DNA from: an uncultured Pseudomonadota bacterium
GTDB lineage: Bacteria; Pseudomonadota; Alphaproteobacteria; JACZXZ01
Assembly (NCBI GenBank): GCA_963749075.1
Contig: CAVVLJ010000004.1
Coordinates: 160,001-224,000 of the forward strand
DNA: 64,000 bases
Direction of reading: 5' to 3'
Part shown: piece after piece, positions 28,972 to 38,389 of the stretch
Position numbering within the stretch: the first letter of the stretch is position 1
Layout: each line of letters begins with the position of its first letter
Position numbers and translations under genes: made by a program
Notes under the pieces: model-generated
What the model saw: the letters and a program-made list of their open reading frames with translations, nothing else
Databases searched by the model: none
What the model was told of the DNA's origin: nothing

Positions 28972-29991
28972 ATGCCGAAATTCCGTTGCTCGCTGGCCGC
29001 CGCCGGCGCGCTCATGGCCGTGCTCGCGGCAGCACCGCGCGCAGCACTCGCCGAGGCCGACGAGATCCGCCTCGCCAGGCAATTCTCCATGGGCTACGTG
29101 CAGCTCAACATCCTGCAGCACCGCCAGCTCATCGAGAAGCATGCCAAGGCCCTCGGGCTCGGCGAGGTGAAGACCGTGTGGTCGACCTTCAACGGTCCGG
29201 ATGCCATGAACACGGCGCTCATCTCGGGGAACGTCGACGTGGTCTCGGGCGGCGTGCCGGGGTTGGTGACGCTCTGGGCCAAGACCAAGGGCACGGCGCA
29301 GGAAGTGCGCGGCATCTCGGCGCTGAGCTCGCAGCCCTTCCTCCTCAACACGCGCAATGCCAAGATCAAGACCATCCGCGACTTCAGCGACGCCGACCGC
29401 ATCGCCGTTCCGGCCGTCAAGGTCTCGGTGCAGGCGGTGACGCTCGAGATGGCGGCGGCCCAGGCCTTCGGCAAGGCGAACTACGCCAAGCTCGATTCGC
29501 TCACCGTATCGCTCTCGCCGCCCGATGCGACGATCGGCCTCATCTCCGGCGGCAGCGCCTTCGACAGCGTCTTCAGCGTGCCGCCCTTCCAGTACCAGCA
29601 GCTGCAAACCCCCGGCATCCACACGGTGCTCAACTCCTTCGACGTGCTCGGCGGCTCGCACAGCTTCACCGTGGCCTGGACCTCGCGCAAGTTCCACGAC
29701 GACAATCCCAAGCTCTACAAGGCACTGCTCGACGCCCTCGCCGAGGCGACCGAGATCCTCAATGCCGACAAGCGCGCGGCGGCGGCGCTCTGGATCGAGG
29801 ACTCGAAGTCGAAGCTCCCCCTCGACATGGTGGCGGGCATTCTCTCGGGCGCCCAGGTCAAATGGACGCTCACGCCCGAGCACACCATGAAGTTCGCGGA
29901 CTTCATGCACGAGGTCGGCACCATCAAGGAGGCGCCGCAGTCCTGGAAGGACCTCTTCTTCCCCGAGATCGCCGATCTGCCGGGGAGCTGA
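28972..29991 (+). CDS. NitT/TauT-family ABC transporter substrate-binding protein
   Basis: Signal peptide; DRIAVPAVKVSVQA, PPFQYQ, P.SWKDLFFPE. Confidence 0.85.
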   Translation: MPKFRCSLAAAGALMAVLAAAPRAALAEADEIRLARQFSMGYVQLNILQHRQLIEKHAKALGLGEVKTVWSTFNGPDAMNTALISGNVDVVSGGVPGLVTLWAKTKGTAQEVRGISALSSQPFLLNTRNAKIKTIRDFSDADRIAVPAVKVSVQAVTLEMAAAQAFGKANYAKLDSLTVSLSPPDATIGLISGGSAFDSVFSVPPFQYQQLQTPGIHTVLNSFDVLGGSHSFTVAWTSRKFHDDNPKLYKALLDALAEATEILNADKRAAAALWIEDSKSKLPLDMVAGILSGAQVKWTLTPEHTMKFADFMHEVGTIKEAPQSWKDLFFPEIADLPGS

Positions 29992-30015
29992 GGCACGGAG
30001 AGGACAAGGAAGCTT

Positions 30016-30104
30016 CAGCGCGGAGGACGCGGAGGATTCGTAGAGGGCGCAGGTCGAATATCATCCTCCGCGACCCCTGCGAAGCCTCCGCGTCCTCCGC
30101 GCTG
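30016..30104. repeat. Long intergenic inverted repeat (perfect 20-bp arms)
   Basis: CAGCGCGGAGGACGCGGAGG 30016-30035 and CCTCCGCGTCCTCCGCGCTG 30085-30104 lie between convergent genes; arms extend imperfectly inward. Confidence 0.8.
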
Positions 30105-30132
30105 TCCCTGCCTTCGGCTTTTTGGCCTCCGC

Positions 30133-31038
30133 TCAGGCCTCCGCGCGCGCCGACATCGGATTCGCGGCACGATAGCGCGCCTCATCTCCGAGCACCTGGG
30201 TGCGCAGCATGAGGCGGTGCTCGTCGCCGCCATAGCCGCCCGTCGCCATGTGGATGGTCGCGATGTTGTCCCACATGAGCACGTCGCCCACGCGCCATCC
30301 GTGGCGGTAGTGGAACTCCGGCCGCGTCTGGAACTCGAAGAGGAAGGCGAGGAGCGCCTCGCTCTCGCCGGGCGGAAGGCCCTCGACGGCGACGGTATAG
30401 CCCGGGTCGGCATAGAGGCATTTGCGCCCGGTGAAGGGATGGCGGAGCACCATGGGATGGCGGACCGGCGGCTTGGTCGCCTTCTGCGCAGGACTGAGCG
30501 GCGGGCGCGGCGAGCCCTTCTTCTCGATCATGTAGTCGTAGAACCTGGAGAAGTGGTGCACTGCCACGAGGCCCTCCAGGCGCTCCTTGAGCGCGGGATC
30601 GAGCGCCTCATAGGCGGCGGCCATGCCGGCGAAAAGCGTGTCGCCCAAGGGCTCGCCGCCGCGCATCGGCACCTCGATGGCGTAGAGGATCGAGGCGCGC
30701 GCCGGGGTCGCGTTGTAGGACATGTCCGTGTGCCAGCCCTGACCCGCGTCGGGCGAGCCGAGTGGCGTGCCGTCCGGCCGCCGCTTGTTCGAGAGGATGT
30801 TGACGTGCGGGAACTCCGGGTGGTGGAACGAGCTCGCGACATTGAGCTCAAGCGCGCCCAGGCGGCGGCTGAAGGCGATCAGCGCCGGCTCGTCGAGCCG
30901 CTGGCCCGAGACGGCGATCACGCCATGGCGGTGAAAGGCCTCCTCGATGGCGGCAAAGCCCGCCGCGTCGAGCGGGCGCGCGAGATCGACGCCCTCGACC
31001 CGCGCGCCGATGTGCATGCCGAGCGGTGTGACTTGCAT
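30133..31038 (-). CDS. TauD/TfdA family 2-oxoglutarate-dependent dioxygenase
   Basis: WHTDMSY, GDTLFA, HP...HP.TGRK.LY, W..GD..MWDN....H, final R. Confidence 0.9.
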   Translation of the reverse strand: MQVTPLGMHIGARVEGVDLARPLDAAGFAAIEEAFHRHGVIAVSGQRLDEPALIAFSRRLGALELNVASSFHHPEFPHVNILSNKRRPDGTPLGSPDAGQGWHTDMSYNATPARASILYAIEVPMRGGEPLGDTLFAGMAAAYEALDPALKERLEGLVAVHHFSRFYDYMIEKKGSPRPPLSPAQKATKPPVRHPMVLRHPFTGRKCLYADPGYTVAVEGLPPGESEALLAFLFEFQTRPEFHYRHGWRVGDVLMWDNIATIHMATGGYGGDEHRLMLRTQVLGDEARYRAANPMSARAEA

Positions 31039-31153
31039 GGCCTTCCTCCGCCACAACGCCGCACTTTCCGGGTTTTCCCGGAGGCCATTATAGGCGCTCC
31101 GCGGCGCCGAGGGGAGGCGCGGCGCGGGGATGCGGCGAGCGCGCTCCTTCGCC

Positions 31154-32023
31154 CTACTGCTGCATCCCCCAGCGCCGCACCGTGACCGCCTCGAGCTTGC
31201 GGAAGATGCCGTTCTCGACCGCGAGCCCGATGAGGATGACGCTTACCAGGCCGGCGAAGACGGCGGGGATGTCGAGGTCGTTCTTGCGCTCGAAGATGAA
31301 CCAGCCGAGGCCGCCCGAGCCGGAGGTGACGCCGAAGATGAGCTCGGCCGCGATGAGGGTGCGCCAGGCAAAGGCCCAGCCGATCTTGAGGCCGGAGAGG
31401 ATGCTCGGGAAGGCGGCGGGCACGAGGATCTGAGCGACGTAGCGCAACCCCCCGAGGCCGTAGTTGCGACCCACCATGCGCAAGCTGGGCGAGACGGCCC
31501 TGAAGCCCGCATGCGTGTTGAGTGCCACCGGCCACAGCACGGAATGGATGAGGACGAAGATCGTGCTGCCGTTGCCGAGCCCGAACCACAGGAGGGCGAT
31601 GGGCAGAAGCGCGATCGAGGGCAGCGGATTGAGCATCGCGGTCAAGGTCTCCAAGAGGTCGCTGCCGATGCGCGAGCTCACGGCAAAGGCACTCAGGAGG
31701 AGCGCCAGCGCCAGGCCCGCCGCATAGCCCATGAGCAGCACCTTGAGCGAGAGGAGGGCGCGCGCGATGAGGCCGCCCGAGAGGATCGCCTGGAAAAGCG
31801 CCTCCGCCGTCGCGGCGAAGCTCGGCAGGAGGAGCGGGTTGTCGAGCCGCATGGCATAGAGCTGCCAGAGGAGGGCTAAGGCCGCGAGGATGGCGAGCTT
31901 GCGCAGGCGCGCGTCGCCATAGAGGCGCTCAGAGAGCTCGAGCGGCTTCTCGACGGCGACCGCGGTCGGCACCGCGATGCTCTCCTTGACGAACTCCGGG
32001 CGCGCTTCCTTGGGCTCAGCCAT
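31154..32023 (-). CDS. NitT/TauT ABC transporter permease
   Basis: LNPLPSIALLP, PAAFPSILSGLKIGWAFAWRTLIAAEL. Confidence 0.9.
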   Translation of the reverse strand: MAEPKEARPEFVKESIAVPTAVAVEKPLELSERLYGDARLRKLAILAALALLWQLYAMRLDNPLLLPSFAATAEALFQAILSGGLIARALLSLKVLLMGYAAGLALALLLSAFAVSSRIGSDLLETLTAMLNPLPSIALLPIALLWFGLGNGSTIFVLIHSVLWPVALNTHAGFRAVSPSLRMVGRNYGLGGLRYVAQILVPAAFPSILSGLKIGWAFAWRTLIAAELIFGVTSGSGGLGWFIFERKNDLDIPAVFAGLVSVILIGLAVENGIFRKLEAVTVRRWGMQQ

Positions 32024-32822
32024 GGGCGGCCTCCCTCTCTTCGGCGGCGGTGGAGAAGAGGATGCGCTCGATGCGCTCGGAGAGCTTGAGGCCGCTCGCG
32101 CGCCCGGCCGCGTCCTTGCCGTCGCTCGCGAGCTCAGCGCGCACGCGGCCGGGATGCGGGGAGAGGAGGAGGATGCGGTTCCCCACCCTGACCGCCTCGG
32201 GGATCGAGTGCGTCACGAAGAGCACGGTGAAGCGGGTCTCCTCCCAGAGCTGCAGGAGCTCCTCCTGCATGCGCTGGCGCGTGAGCGCGTCGAGTGCCGC
32301 GAAGGGCTCGTCCATGAGGAGGATGTCGGGCTCCATCGCCATGCCGCGCGCCAGCGCCGCACGCTGCTTCATGCCGCCCGAGAGCATGTGCGGATAGCTC
32401 TCCGCGAACGCCACGAGACTGACCTTCTCCAGCCAGTGCATCGCCGTCTCATGCGCGCGGGCGCGCGGGAGCTTGCGCGCGGCGATGAGCGGAAAGGCGA
32501 CGTTCTCCTTGACGGTCTTCCACGGCAGGAGCTGGTCGAACTCCTGGAACACCATGATGCGGTCGGGACCGGGGCGCCGGATCTCGACGCCGTTCAGCCG
32601 GATGCTGCCCTCCGCCGGCGCCATGTAGCCGCCGACCGCCTTGAGCAAGGTCGACTTGCCGCAGCCGGAGGGGCCCAAGAGGACGAAGCGGTCGCTCTTC
32701 ACGACCTCGAAGCCGACGCGGTAGGTGGCGGTCACCAGGTGGCGCTCGGTCTTGTATTGCAGCGTGACGCCCTCGACCTCGAGGATCGCTCCGGCACCTG
32801 TCTCTGTCATTTTCTGGGCCAT
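32016..32822 (-). CDS. NitT/TauT ABC transporter ATP-binding protein
   Basis: GPSGCGKST, LSGGMKQR, LLMDEPF, VTH; start uncertain (32810-32840). Confidence 0.92.
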   Translation of the reverse strand: MAQKMTETGAGAILEVEGVTLQYKTERHLVTATYRVGFEVVKSDRFVLLGPSGCGKSTLLKAVGGYMAPAEGSIRLNGVEIRRPGPDRIMVFQEFDQLLPWKTVKENVAFPLIAARKLPRARAHETAMHWLEKVSLVAFAESYPHMLSGGMKQRAALARGMAMEPDILLMDEPFAALDALTRQRMQEELLQLWEETRFTVLFVTHSIPEAVRVGNRILLLSPHPGRVRAELASDGKDAAGRASGLKLSERIERILFSTAAEEREAAHG

Positions 32823-32990
32823 CGCACGCGCTCCCGGCATGGCGGTCCCGCATTTATAGCGGAGCGACTATAGGGCGGGGCTCGCGCGCAAAGCCACTGC
32901 GGACGCCGCGCATGTTTTTTCCTTGGGGCCTTGCCTTGACCTTTCCCGAGCGCCTGTGCCACGGTCGCCGGCGGAAAAACGAGGCCGTCG

Positions 32991-35021
32991 ATGAAGCGCC
33001 CGGACGCCAAAGCGAAGCGCAACAAGGGAAGCGCTGCCCCGCCGCCGCGCAAGCCCGGCGCCCGCCGGGCCGGCACGGCAGCACCGCGTGCGCGGCGCTC
33101 GGCCGCCACGCTCCTCGCCGAGCTCAGCCGCAGCGAGGAGAGCTTCCGCTCGCTCGCCGCCGCCGCCGCGGCACCCGTTCTCCTCCTCTCGCGGCGCCTT
33201 GCCGTGCTCGATCTCAACGACGAGGCCGAGCGGCTCTACGGCGTGCGCCGCGAGAAGGTGGTCGGCAAGGGCTATTTCCGCACGCTCGATCCCGAGATGC
33301 GGGGCGGGCTCAGCCGCGAGGTCTTCAAGGAAGTGCTGGCGGAGCGGCCGGTGCGCGGCATCGAGGGCCGGGTGCGCCGGCCCGACGGCGGCGAGCGCGT
33401 GCTCCTGTGGAACGTGACGCGCGTCAACGCTCATGACGGCAGCGTGCTCGGCGTGATCGCGGTTTCCCAGGACATCACCGAGCGGCAGAGTGCGGAGGAG
33501 GCGCTGCGCGAGCGCGAGGCGCGCCTGAGCTCGATCATCGCCACGGCACCCGACGCCATCATCACGATCGACGAGCGCGGCACCGTGCAGTCCTTCAGCA
33601 GCGCCGCGGAGAAGCTCTTCGGCTATTCGGCGGGCGAGGTGATCGGGCGCAACGTCGGCATGCTCATGCCGTCCCCCCACCGCCAGAGCCACGACGGCTA
33701 CCTGGCGCGCTACCGGCGCACCGGGGAGAAGCGCATCATCGGCATCGGCCGCCAGGTCGAGGCGCAGCGCAAGGACGGCACGGTCTTTCCCATGGAGCTT
33801 GCCGTGGGCGAGGTGCTGCTTGCCTCCCAGCGCATCTTCACCGGCTTCATCCGCGATATCAGCGCGCGCGCCAAGCTGGAGCTGGCGCTGCGTCAGGCCC
33901 AGAAGATGGAGGCGATCGGCCAGCTCACCGGCGGCCTCGCCCACGACTTCAACAACCTCCTCACCGTGATCGGCGGCAACCTCGAGATGCTCGAGCGGCG
34001 GCTCGAGCGGCCCGAGGAGCGCGAGCTCTTGGGCGAGGCGCGCGAGGCGACCGAGCTCGGCGGCAAGCTGGCGAGCCGCCTTCTCGCCTTCGGCAGGCGC
34101 CAGCCGCTCAACCCCAAACCGCTCGACCTCACGGCACTCGTCGGCGGCATGACCGATCTCTTGCGGCGCTCGCTCGGCGAGGCCATCCGCATCGAGAGCC
34201 GCCTCGCGCACGGTCTGCCGCTCACCCTCGCCGATCCGGGGCAGGTGGAGAACGCGCTTCTGAACCTCGCGATCAACGCGCGCGACGCCATGCCGGAGGG
34301 CGGCATCCTCATCATCGAGACGGGGCACCTCGACATCGACGAGGAGGACGCCGCGGCCCAGGCCGACGTGACGCCGGGCTCCTACGTCATGCTGGGCGTG
34401 ACCGACAGCGGCGCCGGCATGGCGCCCGAGATCCAGGAGCGCGTCTTCGAGCCGTTCTTCACCACCAAGGACGCGGGCGCCGGCAGCGGGCTCGGCCTCA
34501 GCATGGTCTACGGCTTCGTCAAGCAGTCGAACGGCCACGTGCGGCTCTATAGCGAGATCGGCAGGGGGACGACCGTGCGCATCTATCTCCCCGCCGGCGC
34601 GCGAGCGGCGGGCGAGAGCGCGCAGCGCCCCGCAGGGGGCCCTCCGCGTCCGCCCGGCGCCGAGATCGTCCTCGTGGTCGAGGACGACGCGCGGGTGCGG
34701 CGCACCTCGGTGCGCCGGCTCAAGGAGCAGGGCTACCAGGTGATCGACGTGGAGAGCGGACGGGCAGCGCTCGAGGTGCTCGACCGCGGCGAGCGCGTTG
34801 ACCTCCTCTTCACCGACGTCGTGATGCCGGGCGGGATGAGCGGCATCGAGCTGGCGCGCGAGGTGCTGCGCCGCCGGCCGCTCATCAAGGTGCTCTTCAC
34901 CTCCGGCTATGCCGAGCCCGCGGTCGTCGAAGGCGGCATGCCCGCAGGTACCGGCTGGCTCAGCAAGCCCTACAGCAATGCCAACCTCGCGGCCAAGCTG
35001 CGCGAGCTCTTCGAAAGCTGA
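32991..35021 (+). CDS. PAS-PAS hybrid histidine kinase with a FixL-like (probable heme) PAS domain
   Basis: LMPSPHRQSHDGYLARY..TGEKRIIGIGR; QKMEAIGQLTGGLAHDFNN; NARDAM; DVVMPGG REC. Confidence 0.88.
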   Translation: MKRPDAKAKRNKGSAAPPPRKPGARRAGTAAPRARRSAATLLAELSRSEESFRSLAAAAAAPVLLLSRRLAVLDLNDEAERLYGVRREKVVGKGYFRTLDPEMRGGLSREVFKEVLAERPVRGIEGRVRRPDGGERVLLWNVTRVNAHDGSVLGVIAVSQDITERQSAEEALREREARLSSIIATAPDAIITIDERGTVQSFSSAAEKLFGYSAGEVIGRNVGMLMPSPHRQSHDGYLARYRRTGEKRIIGIGRQVEAQRKDGTVFPMELAVGEVLLASQRIFTGFIRDISARAKLELALRQAQKMEAIGQLTGGLAHDFNNLLTVIGGNLEMLERRLERPEERELLGEAREATELGGKLASRLLAFGRRQPLNPKPLDLTALVGGMTDLLRRSLGEAIRIESRLAHGLPLTLADPGQVENALLNLAINARDAMPEGGILIIETGHLDIDEEDAAAQADVTPGSYVMLGVTDSGAGMAPEIQERVFEPFFTTKDAGAGSGLGLSMVYGFVKQSNGHVRLYSEIGRGTTVRIYLPAGARAAGESAQRPAGGPPRPPGAEIVLVVEDDARVRRTSVRRLKEQGYQVIDVESGRAALEVLDRGERVDLLFTDVVMPGGMSGIELAREVLRRRPLIKVLFTSGYAEPAVVEGGMPAGTGWLSKPYSNANLAAKLRELFES

Positions 35022-35082
35022 GCGGCGGGCGAGCCGGGAACCGCTGCGACCCCAAGACCGCCGGACAAGGAGAATTGCCAGG

Positions 35083-36093
35083 ATGAGCCGGAGCCGCATC
35101 GCGAGCGAGGTCGATTTCGAGCGTGAGGGCAAGCAGCACGGCTTCCTCCGCCTGCCCTTCTCGACCCATGCCTCGGCCTACGGCTGGATCGCCATCCCGA
35201 TCAGCTGCATCAAGCGCGGCGAGGGGCCCACCGTGCTCCTCGTCTCGGGCAACCACGGCGACGAGTACGAGGGGCAGGTGGCGCTGATGAAGCTCGCGCG
35301 CCGCCTCGAGCCCGCGGACGTGCGCGGCCGCATCATCATCCTCTCCGCCGCCAACTTCCCGGCAGCACTTGCCGGGCGCCGCGTCTCGCCGATCGACGGC
35401 GGCAATCTCAATCGCAGCTTCCCCGGCAATGCCGACGGCTCGGTCACCCAGATGATCGCCCATTACATCGAGACCGTGCTGTTGCCCAAGGCCGAGCTCG
35501 TCGTGGACCTGCATTCCGGCGGCAGCTCGCTCATGTACATCCCGAGCGGCGTCGTGCGGTTCGTCGAGGACAAGGCGAAATTCGCCAGGCTCAAGGAGCT
35601 CCTCTCGCTCCTCGGTGCTCCGATCAGCTTCGCCTTCGCCATGCCCCAGGGCGAGGACCGCACCCTCTCGGCCGCGGCCGACCGCGCGGGCGTGCTGCAT
35701 CTCGGCAGCGAGCTCGGCGGCAGCGGCACCGTGACGCCGCAAGCGCTGCGCATCGCCGAGACCGGGCTCGCGCGCGTGCTCATGGGCGCGGGCGTGCTGA
35801 GCCGGCCGCTCACCGCGGAACCGGCGGGCAAGACGCGCTTCATGACGGTGCGCGGCGCCGATTATTTCGTCTATGCGCCGGACGGCGGCCTCTTCGAGCC
35901 CTACGTCGATCTCGGCGCCGAGGTCGCGGCCGGCGATGCGGCCGGCGCCATCCATTTCCCCGACACGCCGTGGCGCGAGCCCACGCTCGCCCGCTTCGCG
36001 CACGCCGGTCTCGTCATCTGCAAGCGCCTGCCGGGCAGGAGCGAGCGCGGAGATTGCCTCTTTCACCTCGCGACCGATCTCGAGGATGGCTGA
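35083..36093 (+). CDS. Succinylglutamate desuccinylase/aspartoacylase family deacylase (DoeB-like)
   Basis: GNHGDEYEG, NLNRSFPG, DLHSGG, ELGG. Confidence 0.85.
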   Translation: MSRSRIASEVDFEREGKQHGFLRLPFSTHASAYGWIAIPISCIKRGEGPTVLLVSGNHGDEYEGQVALMKLARRLEPADVRGRIIILSAANFPAALAGRRVSPIDGGNLNRSFPGNADGSVTQMIAHYIETVLLPKAELVVDLHSGGSSLMYIPSGVVRFVEDKAKFARLKELLSLLGAPISFAFAMPQGEDRTLSAAADRAGVLHLGSELGGSGTVTPQALRIAETGLARVLMGAGVLSRPLTAEPAGKTRFMTVRGADYFVYAPDGGLFEPYVDLGAEVAAGDAAGAIHFPDTPWREPTLARFAHAGLVICKRLPGRSERGDCLFHLATDLEDG

Positions 36094-36144
36094 GGGTTAC
36101 GATGACGCTCCAGGGCGAATGCGGATGCGCCGCCCGAGACCCAT

Positions 36145-36669
36145 TTATCTCATGCCGATAGATCGGCGACGCGCAGCCGAGGATGCGGACCGCTCGGTAC
36201 GGATACGTGGTGCCGGCTCCAAGGCCCAGTCATGAACGAGCCGCTTGCCGAAGGCCTCGATGGCTCGCTCGATCTCGCTCGACCTCGACCTATGCGTAAG
36301 GTCGAGAAGCCGCCGCGCCGCGGTCTCGGGTTTCCCGATGCGGCGCGCGAAATCCGCGATGGACGTGCAGTTCGCCTTATAAAGCTTGAAAAGCTCCAAC
36401 TTCATCGACTCCCCGACAGAGAGGCGCACGAAGCCGTCCGCCGAGCGGCGCGCCGGATCGTCCGCCGCGGGGACATCGCCGCGCGTCAGGATAATCCCCT
36501 GCAAGGCCGTGACGACGGCATCATGGGCGTGGCTCTCGATCTCGTCATCGCTCATGCCCTTGAGCGCGGTTCGGGCGATTGCCGAGATGATCTCCGGGAA
36601 ACGGCCGAAACGGATCAAGACCTCGTCACCGTCCCTCTCGTAGTGAAACGCGTAGGCATAGCGGGACAT
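36145..36669 (-). CDS. hicB: HicB-like antitoxin with C-terminal HTH
   Basis: Y.....DG..LIRF..FPE, A.DA...AL..., DVP; HTH ADFARRIGKPETAARRLLDL.H.S....IE.A..A.GKRL as in E. coli-type HicB. Confidence 0.7.
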   Translation of the reverse strand: MSRYAYAFHYERDGDEVLIRFGRFPEIISAIARTALKGMSDDEIESHAHDAVVTALQGIILTRGDVPAADDPARRSADGFVRLSVGESMKLELFKLYKANCTSIADFARRIGKPETAARRLLDLTHRSRSSEIERAIEAFGKRLVHDWALEPAPRIRTERSASSAARRRSIGMR

Positions 36670-36720
36670 GTCAACCTCGCTTCGGTGAGAGTTGAGCCCG
36701 GTTCACTCGAACCGATACTA

Positions 36721-36776
36721 ACACAAATTTGTGTGGCAACACACATAGCTTCAGAGGTTTATAGCTACAGAGGTTT
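36721..36776. promoter_or_regulatory. Operator-like palindromes plus a 16-bp tandem direct repeat in the divergent hicB/hicA intergenic region
   Basis: ACACAAATTTGTGT perfect palindrome 36721-36734; TGTGTG-gcaa-CACACA 36730-36745; ATAGCT(T/A)CAGAGGTTT x2 at 36745-36776. Confidence 0.65.
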
Positions 36777-36820
36777 ATTGACCGCTCGGTGCATCGGGTA
36801 TCGGACCCGGGAGGCGTGCC

Positions 36821-37099
36821 ATGCGCGGCCGAGATACGCGGAAGACCCTCAAGGAGATTGGCCGTTCGTGCATTGCCAATGGCATCGAGCTCTCGGTGAT
36901 CCGCGCAAAAGGCAGCCATCGGGGTTTGATCTTCGAGGATCGCAAGCGTGGCAGGACAATCCGTATCGTCATCGCAGGTCATGGCGAGATCAGCCCCGGT
37001 GTTCAGCGCAATTCGTTGAAGTATCTCGGCGGCTTGGCGACCCGAGACGCTTTCGCCGAGCTTGTCAGGAAGATTCTCGAAGCCGTCTTCAGGGACTAG
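36821..37099 (+). CDS. hicA: HicA-like dsRBD-fold toxin
   Basis: 92 aa, basic; KGSH motif, then IVI.GH.EI.PG..R..LK; GGAGG SD. Confidence 0.6.
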   Translation: MRGRDTRKTLKEIGRSCIANGIELSVIRAKGSHRGLIFEDRKRGRTIRIVIAGHGEISPGVQRNSLKYLGGLATRDAFAELVRKILEAVFRD

Positions 37100-37214
37100 G
37101 TGCGGCGTGTCGAGAGCTTGTGCGTTCGAGGCGAAGCGGCGAAGCTCAAGTCGCCGTAGCTTTGCCGAACCCTCTGGGAAGCAAGTAGACGTTCATCGAT
37201 TGCGGAGATCATCC

Positions 37215-38381
37215 ATGCGACAGCGACCCGCGCGCCTCGCCCACATCGCCGGCATCGGCGTCGACCGCATGGGCTCGCTCGCCGACGCCTCGGGCGGCGA
37301 CTACCTCCGCCTGGAAAACCTCGACTGCGACATACCCCCGGATGCGGCGGCGGTCGAGCGCACCCGCGAGGCCGCGGGTCGCGACAGCGACAACAGCTAC
37401 CTCCCCTTCGTGGGCCAGCAGCACCTCCGCGACGCGGCCGCCCGTCACGTCTCGCGCATGTCGGGCGTCGCGTACACGGGCGCCCGCAACTGCATCATCT
37501 CGGCAGGCGGGCTCTCCGGCATCCTCAACGTGCTGCTCGCCACCGTCGAGGTCGGCGACGAGGTGATCTTGAGCGATCCGACCTACGCCGGCCTGATCAA
37601 CCGGGTGCGGCTCGCGGGCGGCGTGCCGCGCTTCGTGCCCTTCCGCTTCACGCCTGGCGGGCGCTGGTCGCTCGACCGCGATGCCTTGCGCGCGGCACTC
37701 GGCCCCAAGGTGCGGGCGATGCTGCTGATGTCGCCCTCCATGCCCTCGGGCGGCATGCTCGACGAGGAGGATTGGGCGCTCGTGGCCGAGCTCTCGACGC
37801 GGCACGATCTCCTCCTCATTCTCGACAGCGCCATGGAGCGCCTCGTCTTCGACGGCGCGCGGGTCATCCATCCCGCCGGAATGCCAGGCATGGCCGAGCG
37901 CACCGTCACCGTCGGATCCTCGGCCAAGGAGCTCCGCATGATCGGCTGGCGCGTCGGCTGGATCGTGACGCCCGAGGCCTTGATGCCCGATCTCGTCGCG
38001 GTCTCGCTCGCCAACGTCGTGGTGCCGGTCGGCATCGCCGAGGATGCGGTGGCGCTCGCGCTCGAGCGCTCGGGGGAGAGCTTGCCGCCCTACGTCGCCG
38101 AATTGCAGCGCCGGCGCGATGCGGTGCTCGGCGAGTTCGAAGGCCTGCCGGCGGGCGTGCCCGGCGGCGGTTGGTCGCTTCTCCTCGACCTCTCACCCTT
38201 CGGCCTCGACGGTGCCGAAATGTCGAAGCGCCTCTTCGAACGGGGCGTCTGCGCGACCGCGATGGCGGGCTGGGGCGAGCGCCACGGCGGGCAGTACATC
38301 CGCTTCGTCTTCGCCAACGAGCCCGTCGAGCGGCTCGAGACGCTCGGCGCCCGCGTCCGCGCCGCCCTCCGCCGGGCCTGA
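37215..38381 (+). CDS. PLP-dependent aminotransferase class I/II
   Basis: GDEVILSDPTY, PSMPSG, GSSAKELRMIGWRVGW (PLP Lys), YIRFVF. Confidence 0.88.
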   Translation: MRQRPARLAHIAGIGVDRMGSLADASGGDYLRLENLDCDIPPDAAAVERTREAAGRDSDNSYLPFVGQQHLRDAAARHVSRMSGVAYTGARNCIISAGGLSGILNVLLATVEVGDEVILSDPTYAGLINRVRLAGGVPRFVPFRFTPGGRWSLDRDALRAALGPKVRAMLLMSPSMPSGGMLDEEDWALVAELSTRHDLLLILDSAMERLVFDGARVIHPAGMPGMAERTVTVGSSAKELRMIGWRVGWIVTPEALMPDLVAVSLANVVVPVGIAEDAVALALERSGESLPPYVAELQRRRDAVLGEFEGLPAGVPGGGWSLLLDLSPFGLDGAEMSKRLFERGVCATAMAGWGERHGGQYIRFVFANEPVERLETLGARVRAALRRA

Positions 38382-38389
38382 GGGGAGCG

